Part shown: piece after piece, positions 26,501 to 39,000 of the stretch
How the letters are laid out: each line of letters opens with the position of its first letter
How positions within the stretch are numbered: position 1 is the first letter of the stretch
Assembly (NCBI RefSeq): GCF_000315625.1
Contig: NW_005434668.1
Location: forward strand, 304,938-368,937
Reading direction: 5' to 3'
DNA from: Guillardia theta CCMP2712
Taxonomy: Eukaryota; Protista; Cryptophyta
DNA length: 64,000 nt
Notes under the pieces: generated by a model
What the model was told of the DNA's origin: nothing
What the model saw: the letters and a program-made list of their open reading frames with translations, nothing else
The model's database searches: none
Program-made: the position numbers and the translations under genes

Positions 26501-28987
26501 GATGGAAGGCAAGTCTGATCAAAGAGGGTTAGGAAAATGAAAGATCAGGAAATGTGAGAAATCGAGCATGAAAAATTAAAAAGGGAACAGAAGCGAAATG
26601 AAATAAGGCGGTGAAGAGCGAATTTCAGCGTATCCCTTGCCTGCCTTGATCCATTCCTGCGCTGAGAGTGCGCCGTCAGTGGGATTGTTGTCAGCGATGA
26701 TGAATTTCCGTTCCAGGAATGAAACTTTTCCATCATTGTTCCTGCAACGTGATCATCTTCTCCAACTGAACAGAACAGTAACATCTTCAATCGACAAACT
26801 TAGTCATTTGTCAACACAAGTCACAGCAGTCACATGTCACAAGTCGCTCTGGAAACTTACAGGTCATGTTTGTTGAAGTTGTACTTGATGGAAGAAGAGT
26901 CGAGCGACCCATCGGGGAGAGTGTTCTGGTACCTGGAAATCAAGCATCAGTTTCTCCACTATGCAACAGGGCGCAGAATCACAGAGAGAGGTAGAATTCT
27001 TCAACATCAATCACTCCATTCCTGTCCCTGTCTGCAAAAACGCGGAAATAATGCTGAAGAGAACAAGTCAAGTAATCTTTGACATGTTTCATCCTCCTCT
27101 ACCTCTTCCAGCGAGATTCTCGTGCTCCCATCCAAGTCCCATGCTATCAGGACGAACTTCTTCTCCTCTGCATTGAAGACTCTGATCCCCCTGCGCAGAA
27201 AGTCATGCACAGCCGGAAGATTTCAACCTTGAGGGCGCCAGACTCACGTACTGCTCCATGGGCACGATGAAGGGCAGGGAGTGATTGTCTGTGGGCAGCA
27301 GGAGCAGTAGGTGCATTTCGAGCTAGAGATCTTGGGAGGAGGTCGTCAGCTCATGAAGTCACTTGCCACATTGGCCTACTTGTTCGAGGAGGAGGTTCAC
27401 AATGTTGGTGACGACGATGTCAATGATCTCTTCTGTCATGTAAAACCCTCCCAGCGGACCAGAAGGTAGGTTTTCATCCATCATGACCTGCAAGTAAACA
27501 AGCTATCAGTTGGAGCAAGAGGGAGGAAGAGGAGAGCAAGCAGGGGACCACAGGAAGGAACGAAAGATAGACAGGAGGCAAATGAAATAGAAGGGAGAAG
27601 GGAGAGGGGAGAGGGGAGAGGGGAGAGGGGAGAGGGGAGAGGGGAGAGGGGAGAGGGGAAGCGAGCACAGAGAAGGAAGAAGTGACAAGAACAAGAACAA
27701 GGTGGGGAGTCCAAGAGAGAAACCTTAGGCCCTGTCTCTGCAAGTTGCACCAGAGACCAAAAGTGCCTCATCACAAGCCATTCCTAGAAGCAGCAGTCAG
27801 AATGGAGGTGACGCCCTCACACCATGAGAATAAAGATGGAACAGAGTGTCGTTCTATAGTCTTCACTGTTGATCTCATCACCACCACCACCACTGTTGTC
27901 GTCATCTCGATCATCATCGGATATGTCATCGTCATCATTATCATCATCACCACCACCACCACCACCACCACCACCACCACCACCACCACCACCACCACCA
28001 CCAGTAGCTGCAGATGCAGAAGTATCCATCGCTGTTATGATGAATCTCGTCGTGTTCAACTTACATTCAGAGAAATTTTATAGTCCTTGTTCAAATCCGT
28101 GTACTCAAAGAAAACAGTCTGCCATTCACCATGCGGTTGACAACCCATCCCACGGAAAGCATGTTCTCACCTTGTTGAGGCGATCACGCGCAACAAGCCA
28201 TCCATTCAAATCGACACTGAGAAAAGTTTCCATCTCGCTCGAAGAAAGATATCCATCTCCACTTGTATCCAAAGAATCAAATTGAACCTGCTGCATTATC
28301 AGTGCAAGACAAAAGCATACCTGCTCCCCCAATTTTCATGTCCCCTCCTCTCTCCCATTCCCATTCGCTCTACACCATTTTCTTGTTCCCTCATCTACGT
28401 ACACCCTCGTTCCCCTCTCCCTTCCCATCACCTTGAATCTGGAGCAGTCAAGGACGTCAGTAGTGTTGGACGAAGCTCTATCGGACGCGAGAATGATTGG
28501 GTCGATGAACGGATAGCCAAGGTCCCACACGCAATGACGGCAGCATGGGGCAGACTCACGGATCCACCAGAAAGGATAAACTAGCACCATCGTGTAAGCC
28601 CTTCCTCTCCTGCATTCCTTGACGCGGCTACTACGCATACCTTGTCCGGACGAGTTTGACGATAGAGTGTACCAGACGCTGGGGGAGTGATAGTTGAGCT
28701 CCTCGTAGTTTTCCTGCAGACAGGTAAGTGTGTATGATATTCGACAAGCGAGTGCAGGGAACCTTGGTACATTGCAAGGCGTTGTCCCTTGTGACTGGAG
28801 TAGGACAAGTAATGAAGGCAAGGCTCTGACTGACCATTATACCTTTTAGCATACGTCACATATCACAGTAGAGACATGAAATCCTCCTGCTCCTGCTCCC
28901 TCTCCTGCCGCTGCTCCTGCTGCTCCTGCTGCTGTTCGTCTTACCTGCCATCGCCACCCATACGCCCTTTGCTGCCCGAACGACCAT
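23537..28987 (-). CDS. GluR0-like ionotropic glutamate-receptor-family channel with a K+ selectivity filter, EF-hand-like N-terminal region, many introns
   Basis: Spliced: signal peptide (GVWVAMAGIMVSQSLA-F); M1 FVNFVCFLFLLLIGVGHLLWLVERKENPEQFNPLYAR; pore GVLDGAWFCIVTMTTVGYGDKVPVTGLG (25108-25189); M3 KAITAVWMLFGIIVFGVFAGQISS; S2 end VNSILATLRENGFTDEL; M4 VIIPAAAILILYYTIIYYINF. Confidence 0.85.
27597..27660 (+). repeat. (GGGAGAG)n heptamer repeat in an intron
   Basis: About 8 tandem units, directly visible. Confidence 0.9.
27946..28003 (+). repeat. (CAC)n microsatellite in an intron
   Basis: About 19 cac units. Confidence 0.95.
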
Positions 28988-29039
28988 GGCGACTTTAGCC
29001 CAACAATATCCACTCTGCCCCAGAGTCTAAATGGGAGTC

Positions 29040-29510
29040 AAGACAACAGGCCGGGCCCGGACTCTTCCCGGAGTCCCGGCAGAAACCCGTGCCATGGTGA
29101 CCGACCGTCCGATCCCGGCAACTCCCGGAGTCACCGTCCCGCCGGACCGCTATGCAGTGCGCGGCCCGGCAGCCTGCCGCAGTGCCGGCCGCAGGCGGGG
29201 GCCGGTCAAATATGCCGGGGCGGCCGATTCGGATCGGACTCCGGGATCGGACCCGCCCGGGGCCCGGACTGAGGCTCGTTCGAGTCCGGCGGCTTGAGTC
29301 CGGCGGACCAGGGAGGCCGCAAGGCCCCCGCCACTGGCACCCGGTCACTGCGGCAGTCAGACAAATCATACTTGCAGACTCAGAGCCTGGGCGCCGGATC
29401 AGAGCGCCGGTTGGTCGGGCAACGCCCGGCCGGGCCGGTTCACCGTGAGTCACCCTGCATCACGCGGCCGGCGTCACCGGGCCCGATTGGACAACAGTTC
29501 ACCGGGCTAC
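29040..29510. promoter_or_regulatory. GC-rich palindromic patch upstream of the GluR0-like gene
   Basis: Same vocabulary as the other patches (ccgggcccgg, ccggccggg, gagtc); begins ~50 nt from the ATG at 28987. Confidence 0.45.
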
Positions 29511-29749
29511 CCCGACTCCGAGAAACACAGTTCAGTGGGGAACATCATTACTTCAATGTATGTATTGTCAAAACTTGACTTCAAGTAAATATTCGGATCA
29601 TAGATCTCAGAGATGGGTTGGAGAGAGTCGAAGGAGGCTCCGCGGGGCAAGAATAACTTGTGAGAATCAAGCCGAAGCCTCAGTAAAGCCCCTGCCCATG
29701 AAGTCGAGGTGATCGCCAACATGGAGATTTGAGCTGAGAACGGGGACGC

Positions 29750-31568
29750 TCAGACGATGACGCTCAACTTGGAGTTAGGGATGCTCTTGAATCGATTCTT
29801 GAGGCTCTCCACCACCTCCTGCATCTCCAAGGTCAGCTGCATTTCTGCTCACTCCCCACGTCCTTGCACTACCATCTATGCCCTCAGATCTGCGGCCGCC
29901 CCCCTGCCCCCCCCACTCCCTCTTCCCTCCCTCCTCTCGGTCCTCTCCTCCCTCCCTCCCTCCCTCCCTCCCTTCTCCCCCCGACCCCTCTCCTCCCTCC
30001 CTTCCTTCTCCCCCCGACCCCTCTCCTCCCTCCCTTCCTCAACCTGGTTACTGGCGTCTTCCATATCGATAGGATTTCCGTCAAAGGTCAGGCGTTTGAT
30101 GTAAGGGAAATCGGAGACAAGGAACGTGGGGAGGGACGACAACTGGAAGTCCTCTGAGCAGGTGCAGCAGACAGAGAGGAGGAAAGAGACTGACCTTGTT
30201 CTTTGCCACCATCAAGTTGGTAAGTGACGTGCAGCCCTCAACGTCAGGAAAACTGCACAGTCAAAATGAGAAGCTGCAGGCGGAGGATGGGAAGCGGGTG
30301 GAAGAACAAGATAGAGGTCGGCAGAAACTCTCTGGGACAATGCTACCTCTCAAGCAGGTTTGAGGAGACGTCTAGAGTCTTGAGGGGCAACTTAGACAAG
30401 CCGGTCGGGAGGACTGCAATCTGAAAGACGAGCATAAGAGGAGGAGCTCATTGGACAGATTGCATAACAGAATGAAACAAGCACCTGATTCTCAGACAGC
30501 ATGAGCTTGACCAGCTCCTTCAAGTCAAGAACCGAGTCCGGAATCTTTTAACGAACACGACATGTCATGGAGGTGGAGAGTGCGAGAGCACGATACCGAA
30601 GTGAGCTGATTGCGCGATGCCTCAATGGTCGTCAGGGCCTGAAAACTCCCGATGTTGACAGGAAGCTCCTTCACAAGGTTGTTGGTCACTTGAAACTCCT
30701 GCAAGTTGTCAAGCTGTTTCATGTCTGGCAACGTCTCCAGCTTGTTGCGGTAGATCTCGAGCTTCTCCAGACTCCCCAAGCCCGAGAGCGGAGGTAGCAG
30801 AACCAGGTTGTTGTTGAAGAGGGCAAGGCGGTTCAGGGAGGTGAATCCGCTCAAGTCAGGGGTAGTCTTCAGCTTGTTGTCCGCCAGGTTCAGCTCCACC
30901 ATGTTGTGCAGTGAGGAAAACTTTGTGGGCAACTTGATGATTTTGTTGTTGAAAAGATTCAATTCCTTCAAGGCCGCCAGGTTGCAGATTGTATCCGGGA
31001 GGACAGTGATGTTGTTCTTGTACAGGAAGAGCTTCTCAAGCCTGGCTCCAGGTCAAATGACAGCACAGCACACTCGAACGGACACACACTTGGAGAGATT
31101 TCCAATCTCCTCTGGCAGCTTCGTGAGAGAATTATCGTTCGCATCCAACGTTGTCAGGGAGACTAGGAGGCCAATCTCTACAAGGCAGCTATCACCGCAA
31201 CGAGATAACAGAGCATGGTCACATACCCGCAGGAAGCTCGTCCAGCCTGTTCATGCTACAGTCGAATGTTGTCAGGGAGGTAAAATTCCTTATCCCAGCT
31301 GGAAATACAGCCAGCATGTTCTCCTTGATAATCAGAATGGTGGTTTCCTTGAACCTCCGAGGATTCTGTGCAAGGGTTTAGAGGCATGGCAGCTACATCA
31401 AACAATCATCACCATGGATTCAAAGTCAATCACATCGTTCGATTTGCTCAAATCCAAGATGCTCATGTCTTGAGAACTCTTGTGGGGTTGAGCCTGGGAC
31501 GAGCCCTTGCCAGGAACCGGGTGCGTGGGCACATCCGGATCCTCCTCCGAAGAACAGATGCAGCCCAT
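29750..31568 (-). CDS. Leucine-rich-repeat protein with a predicted N-terminal myristoylation/palmitoylation motif
   Basis: Starts MGCICSS. Repeated LxxLxLxxNxL units (LKELNLFNNKI, LNRLALFNNNL, LEKLEIYRNKL); ends ...SKLSVIV*. Confidence 0.85.
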
Positions 31569-32676
31569 GCTCGTCTGCCTCTACCAACTAAGAAGCAAAT
31601 CGACTTCGGATCGCCTGAGTGCACATTGTCATTTCGCTCTCTATTCCGAAAAGCACACGAGCCCGCTGGATATCTCAGTCATCTGAACGAATGAATCTAG
31701 TAACTACATCTGCTTCGTCCACTCTTTCATGTATCCTCCAGAGGGTGTATGCATCATTGTCATGATCATCGTCATAACTTTGAAAAAACTGCGTCCATAC
31801 AAACAATCCTACCGAAACCACAATACATTTCCTTCCGACCGCGGCTACTGATCAAAATTTTACTACCCCGCCTTCCCCTCAGTGCAGACCTGGCGCCTGT
31901 GACGGGAAAGGGACTTGAGGATACTGAGCTCTCCTTATCATTATCATGCACACATCTACTGCGAGATCTATCTATCCTATCCGTCTCTGTCTCCGCCTTC
32001 TCCTGCGCCCTTCCGGTCCACCCCCTCCATGGCTCCGTGGCGCATAAACTTTTAAAAACGTTATAAAGTCTATATTAATTGTATGATCATGGTAGTGAAA
32101 GACAGCTTTCCCTGCTACAAAAACACTTTTTGCGTTCCGCACATCCCGTGGGGTGGTGGTGGTGGGTGGGGCCGGGATGGTGTTGGCTACACGGGTGGGT
32201 GGGGTAGTAGAGACTGTAGGGAAGAAGTCGCGAAGGACACGGGTCCTTATCCTGAAAACTTGAGGAGCAGACACGGGTAGGGGAAAATTGAGAGGTGGTA
32301 CAAGTTGATGATGAGCCCTGGTACCGGAAAACCCTAAGTGGTGGGGTAGGGTGGTCAATCCCTGCTGACATAAAATAGAAATACGTTCCGTTCCTGTCAC
32401 AGAACAAATATGAAGTTCTTTAGGAGGAACAATTCCCAGTTCCTTGTAGTTGGTAGCGGTTCCTTCTGACTTTTCGGTTCCTTACGCCGCATCATCATGG
32501 CAGAGCATGGCAGCATGGGAATGGCGAGCGGGTTGGAGGAGGAGCAGCTCCGATGAGGACGAGGCTGAGGTGAGGCAGCAAAGATCTGAGCCAAGAAAGC
32601 TCCTCTAGTGCGTTCATTGAGAGGAGCACGGGGAGGCCTGAAACTTGAGCCCAAGAAACTTTCGGGAGCATATAGG

Positions 32677-34825
32677 ATGCCGCAATTTAACCTGGTTGAG
32701 GAGCTTTCAGAGAGGATAGCGGGTGGTTTGGGGGATTCTTCTTCACAGTCATGGGTGAAGTTGAGGGACCAAGTGTTTGAAGGATGTAAGACTGCCTTCA
32801 TGGCAACATCTCGATAGTAACAAGCTGCATTCCAGACCTGAAGGATTCGCCGATGAGGAGCGTCTGTTGGAGGGTTTTCCTCGGTATGCTGATCACTGCG
32901 ATGATTTGCATGCTCTTTTTCTCATTTGCTGGCGTCTTGTTCGCTCCCACAGGCGTTCTACCCACAGACAGCGCGAGCTTCCTCTCTTGGGTTACCATCA
33001 TGAAGGAGAGGCGGAAGCGATACCAGGAGCTCAAGGAGGAATTCCTCATTGACCCCTACAAGGACGGGGGCCAGAAGGATCCTCTCCATGACAACCCTCT
33101 CGCTCAGGTTGCGCCTCCTCACTCTTGCCGACGTGTCTGACGGGGGTTGGCAGGCGGAGGGGAGCGTGTGGAAGAAATATTTCGAGCTGCAGGTGTGTGC
33201 CGGGCCATGGGCTGTGCTGCATGTTGAAGTTGCTTGCTCGTGCAGGAGCTGCAGAAGTCGATCATGATTGATATCGAGAGGCTCAACGTGGAGGACGAGT
33301 TTCTGAAGCAAGAGGAGGCGCAGAAAGCCATGCTCCGCGTCCTGACAGTCTGGTCGAACCTTCATAGCGAGGTTGTGACTTGACTTGACCTGCCGGCGCT
33401 GAGTAGCTCATGGCGATGGTTGTGCAGCTCTCATACAGGCAAGGCATGCACGAGCTCCTTGCCCCCATAGTCGCCGTGCTTCATCGAGACATGTCGGCAT
33501 GCCGGGACAGCGTTGCTGGCATGCAGCAGGATTCAGATGAGAGATGCTCGGTTATCAAGACGCTGATGGACCCGGAGGTGATTATGTTGTTAATGATGAC
33601 GATGATAAGGAGGAGGAGGAGGAGGAGGAGGAGGAGGAGGAGGAGAGGGAGGAGAAGGAGAGGAGGAGGAGGAGGACAGTCGGCAGTAGCAGCGGTGGTG
33701 GTGGTTTTGGTTGTGGAAGTTGACAAGAAGGAGGAGGATTTGGCGTGCGGTTTCCTCGCTCATGATTGCTCTTCTTCTCTCACTTTCTCCCCGCAGCACC
33801 TCGAGCACGATGCTTTCAGTCTCTTTGAAGCTCTCATGTTGAGCAGCAAAAGTTCCTTCGAACCTCCGCAGAAAGTACCTAAAGGACAAACGCCAAAGCC
33901 GAACAAGGCGGTCGCAAGGTAAGAAAGACGGGGAGACTGGAGAGAGAGAGGAGAGAGGAGGGGAGAGGAGAGGAGGGGAGAGGAAAGGAGGGGGAGTAGG
34001 ATGCAAGGAGAGATCGGGAGACGGACGGGGAGAACACGAGAGGAGGGGAGGATGATGATTGTCATGCAGATGTGAAAGAGTTCAGAACGTTCTTTTGCGA
34101 GACAAGGACCACGAGCTCTTCCTTCATCTTCAGTCGCTGCAGGTTGAGCCTCAACTTTACGCACTCAGATGGATCCGCCTCCTGCTGGGACGTGAGTTTC
34201 ACCTCGAAGATGTGCTATACCTGTGGGACGCGATGTTCGCAGATCAGGTGAAGACGAGGTGGAGGTTATGAGGATGTGGAGGAGGAGGAGGAGGAGGAGG
34301 AGGAGACAGTTATGATATGTAATGATGTTCTGTGATTTGCAGCTGAACAAGTCAAAGGGGCAAGACATTGAACTGCTGGACTACATCTGTCTCTCTATGT
34401 TGACCTACGTCAGGTCGGACTTGCTGATGAAGGTTCGAATCTACCGCACATGCTAATTTCTTCCTTGTCACCCTTTTTCCCTCTCCCTCTCCCTCCCTGT
34501 CTCTTTCCCTCCCTCCTCCTCTCCCTCTCCCTCTCTACTCCTTGTCATTACGCACTCTCGTTTCCTCTGCTCTCTGTGTCTTCTTATGAATCTTGCAGGA
34601 CAACATGGGCTGCTTACAGCGTCTGATGCGGTATCCTCCTGTCGAGGATGTCAAGGTCCGGTCTTCTTATCCTACTAAGTCACTCGACCTCCTTCCCTGA
34701 ACTTCCTCTCAGGTCTTCATCTCAGCTGCTCGTAACTTGAGGGAGGGTAAGAGTCCAGCCGTCCCCCGACCTGCCCGACCAGCACACCTCCAGCGCACAG
34801 AAAACACAGAACCTCCTGCTTGTGT

Positions 34826-34859
<34 letters not shown>

Positions 34860-35798
34860 CCTACCACTACCTTCTTCTTCACCGAGAGCTTCGAAGGGAG
34901 CAGGCAACGCGCCTCCTCTCCTCCTATCCCTCCTCCAGCGGAGCAAGGGAAGAAGAACGCGATCAGTCTCATCAACGGAGTGATCGTCGGAGCAGCTCCT
35001 GTTCCTCCTTCTGCCGCCGCCATGGCTGCCAGCAAGGTGCAGGAAGGTGGAAGGCAGGAGCTGGCGCGGAAGATGCAGGAGGCCATGGCGGTGCTGCGTG
35101 GTTTGTCGTTCCCCGACGAACGAGCAGCCGAACTGTCAAGAGCTCTTGCTGATCTCGCCGCTGTACAGCAGGCGCTTGCCGACCCGTCGCGTCCTCTTGG
35201 TCAGTGACTTTGAAACCTCGTTAAACCTATCGCTCATCCTGACTATTAGTTGCAGATGTGCCCTCAAAGCCTCTCCCTCCTCCTCTCTCCTCCCTCCCTC
35301 CTCCTCCTCCTTCATCTCTCCCTCCTCCTGTCAATGATCCTCCTGCCCTCCTCCGTCTTCCTGATCGCCCCGTCACGACCTCTGCACCCTCCAGCACGTT
35401 TGCTGCTTCTTCCTCCTATGAAGCGTTCGAGAGGGAGCCCGTGCAGCAGCCAGAGCTTGCGCGAGAGATGAAAATGAAGGAGGAGCCTCTGGTTGCTGTG
35501 CAAAATGAGGAGCAGAAGCAGCAGGAGCTCCTCAACAAGAAGAAGTTGGAGGAGACGAACGCGAGGAGGAAAGTTGCGCTCAGTATGCTGTTGGAACCAA
35601 CCTCGCCCGACGTCCGCTCGGGGGAGGACCTCGGCTCCGCCTTTGACAAGGGACGAGGAGGTGCAGGAGGAGGAGGACTGAGAGGCAAGTCAAAAGGATT
35701 GTTCGACGATGACGGTAAGGGAACTCAGGAGGCTGAGGAGGCTGAGATAGGAAACTGACGATGAGTTAGGAGGGAAAAGTTCACTCTTCGACGACTGA
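32677..35798 (+). CDS. TBC1D5: TBC-domain Rab GTPase-activating protein, TBC1D5-like
   Basis: RSVCWRVFLG, DNPLAQ, IMIDIERL (R finger), SYRQGMHELLAP (Q finger), LEHDAFSLF, EPQLYALRWIRLLLGREF, LWDAMF; Pro-rich tail ending SSLFDD*. Confidence 0.85.
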
Positions 35799-36052
35799 AG
35801 GGAAGGATAGCGACCTGCACGTTTGCAAGCACAAGTCACGAAACCTGAGATGAAAACATCTTTCCCACAGTTACACGGTATGCCGAGCACATGAGAGGAG
35901 AAACTGCCAGGGGAAAGAAGTTGAGACACCGAGAAAGAAGTTGAGAAATCTCAACAAGTCCTGCAGCCGTGCTCATTTAGCGTAATTGTTTGCAAAGCTC
36001 TCTCCATAGATGCCTATCTACAAATAACATTCCAACATACTCATCGTCTCCC

Positions 36053-39000
36053 TCACAACAAGTCCATGTCAACATAATCCTCAAGGTTGAACTCCGAGCC
36101 ATCTGAGAACTCATCTTCTTCCATGAAGGCTGAGATCCCCGCCGAGTCCAACGAAATGTCCAGCTGTTGCTCTAACTGCCTCCTATGCTGCTGCTGCTGC
36201 TGTGGCTGCTGCCTGCTCGGTCGACCCCTCCGCCTTCCTTCTGCCTGCGGCTGAACCTTGTCCTCGCTCGCTAGCCTCAGCGCGTTGTTCAGCAAGTTCG
36301 CGCACTCCTCCACGGTCGAGCACTTAATCAAGTTGGCAGCGTTGAAGGGGATGACGAGCTCCACGGGGAAGACAGTCTTGTTATGGTAGGCTACCTGCAG
36401 GAACCTCTTCAACTCCACGAGCAGGTAAGCGCGAGAAGCTTCCTCCATGAATTCGAGAGCCTGAGGAGAACTGACTGGGATCTCAGTGTCATCCTTGAGC
36501 ATGGCGATGGAGGCGGTTCCGATCATGATCCCTGCGTCGTTCGCCTGCCCGACGAGCGACTGGACTATCTCCTGGTCGGGGTAGGGCAGAGAGGCCATAA
36601 TGCTGACGAGGTACTTGAGGTTTTCGACCTCTGATGCGATCGTCTGCCGCTCGTGAGATTCAATCTTGTGCTTCAGCTTGTCAATGGCATGCTTGACAAG
36701 CCGTTGAAGGAACTTCTTGTTGGGAAGCCGAAGTTCAAGACATCTGGAGAAGTTCTCTACGGCAATCAGGTCCGAGTCCTTCTTCAAGCTGAATCCCTTC
36801 ATCACTCCTTGGATGAATACTTCAGGACTGTAGTAGTCTGGGTACTTCTCAGAAATGTTCCTCAACACCTGATAACCGACGCTTGCACAAAGAGGGCTTC
36901 TTTGCTGCACTGAGATCATGTCAGGAATGCACAACTGAGGATGCACTTGGCCGCGATCGTGAATGGTAGAAACCAATTTGAGAGCTGCAGAAGCAGTCTC
37001 CTCCTTTTTGCTATACAAACACGCTAGGATCCGTTCCAGGTACTGCTGCATTACTGTGTTACGTAAGCAAGTCGATTCTTGATCAGAGACGTCTTCTTCT
37101 ATGAATTCTGCGAGAGCAGAAATGGCGACAAGTTGCACCTCTTCAGTGCTGGTCGCATCAAAAGCAGAGGCCAATGCGCGCTTTGCAGGGTCCTTGAGGA
37201 TCAAATTCGGTTGCCTCACAAAAATGCTGCCAAGACATGAAAAGCCGGCACGTTTGAACGGCAAAAGCTTGTGCTTGACAAAGTGCTTAATGCACGTGTC
37301 ATAGATTTCCATGACATTCTTGTCCTCGATGGCTTTTCTCTTCTTTCCTTGCAACGTGATCTCGAAGTTTGAAAACTTGCAGAAAATTCCAGCAATCAAC
37401 AAGGATCGTGGTTTCGCAGCAAATTTTTCATCATTGAGACGTTTAACCTCGCGGTTGAAACAAGCTGTGAGCAGTGCGTGCATTTGATCAGAGTGTTTTC
37501 GTATGCTGCCCACACTCTTCACAAGCGTGCACAGACACTGAATTGAAATCGTCAGCAGTGGCATGCTGGGAGCAAACTGAATGAGACGTGGAAGATCCTG
37601 GGATAGATACTTGATGAGATGTTCCGGAGGATCGTTCAGAAATGGAAGTACGCAATCATAGATCGCTGCAACAGTTCCGATGAGCTCACACTGCTCCTTG
37701 CTCCAAGGACTGCCATCTTTCTGCTCCCCCTTGGAGGACAAGTGCTGATGAAGCAACTCCATGTCCTTGGCAATCAGAGGTGGTCGGGCCTTTGCAAACA
37801 TAGCTAATGTTCGAAAAACAGACAACAGCTTATCTGGTGTGTTGTTTGACTCCTCGTTGAATTGGATAATTTCTTGAAGCGCCCGCTGACAGTATTCTAG
37901 ACTTTCTTTCACAAAATTTTCACCTTCATTGGTGGTGTCTCGAAAAAAATCGTGTAAGATGTCGATAACAGATATCGATTCTCGTCCTATTGTTGTTGTA
38001 CTTCGATGGGCAGCGTTCACCACACTCTTGATCTGCTCGAAGCGAGAAACAATGCTTAGCACAGACCCATCTGGAACTCCTGGTCTTCTTGCGGGAAACC
38101 ACATCTCCTTCAAGAATTGGAAGGTCCTCTTCTTGATATCGTCACTTTCGTCCTTCAAAAGGGGAATGATAGCAACACACGCACTATCAACAACATTCTT
38201 GTCTTGGCCCTCCTTTGCCAGCAAATCTCGCAGGATATTCATAGCAGCTTTTCTGACACTTGAGCCTGTATCTCTGCATCTTTCACAAATACTCTCGTGG
38301 TACTGTAGGGTTAGATTCGTTTCCTGGCACATAAACTTTCCCACAAGGAGGACTGCCTCAGCTCTCACTGCCTTCGACGCGTCTTTCATACTTCCACAAA
38401 CAACATCTCTTACTCTCTCATTTGACAGAGTATTAGGGTCCATTTCAACCACCTGAGAAAGGGCTTTTAAAGCTTTTTGACGGAATTGAGGCATTTTGGG
38501 ATGCTTCAACAGTATCAATAAGGGTTTTAGGATGTCTTGAACGTCGAAAGTTGCTGCCAGGTATTTGGAAAATTCCCAACTTTCATTCGAATTAGGCGAG
38601 GGCATATCAGGTCGTATTCTGTAATTGCGATCTTCCGATACTAGATCATAATAAGCATGAACCGAGTTCGATTCAGTCTGTTCACACCACATGTAAAGCC
38701 ATGTCCTTATCACGTAGTGGTAGGAGGAATCCTCAGTGAGCTTGTTTGCAAGGAAATTTAGAAGTAACTGTTGAGCAAAAAGCTTGTGCAAAAGATCCTC
38801 CGGGGCATCAGAGTCTTGCAAAAGAGGACTTTCTGTAGAGCTCGCCAAATTTTTCATCCAACTGCATCTCTGAAGATACTCTTTCTGTTGCCCAACGAGG
38901 GATTTGAACGTATCATTGTAATCAGGAATGGTCATATGCCCTCCTTCTTGCATGATATCCGGTCTGTTGGCATGCATGGCTAGGTCTTTGATACGAATGA

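Noticed and set aside
27682-28285. Poly-Thr, poly-Pro, poly-Val and poly-Gly ORFs
   Set aside because: Translations of an intronic (CAC)n microsatellite.
28995-29578. Pro/Arg/Gly-rich ORFs in GC patches (also 15234-15958)
   Set aside because: High GC suppresses stop codons in all frames; no consistent coding frame.
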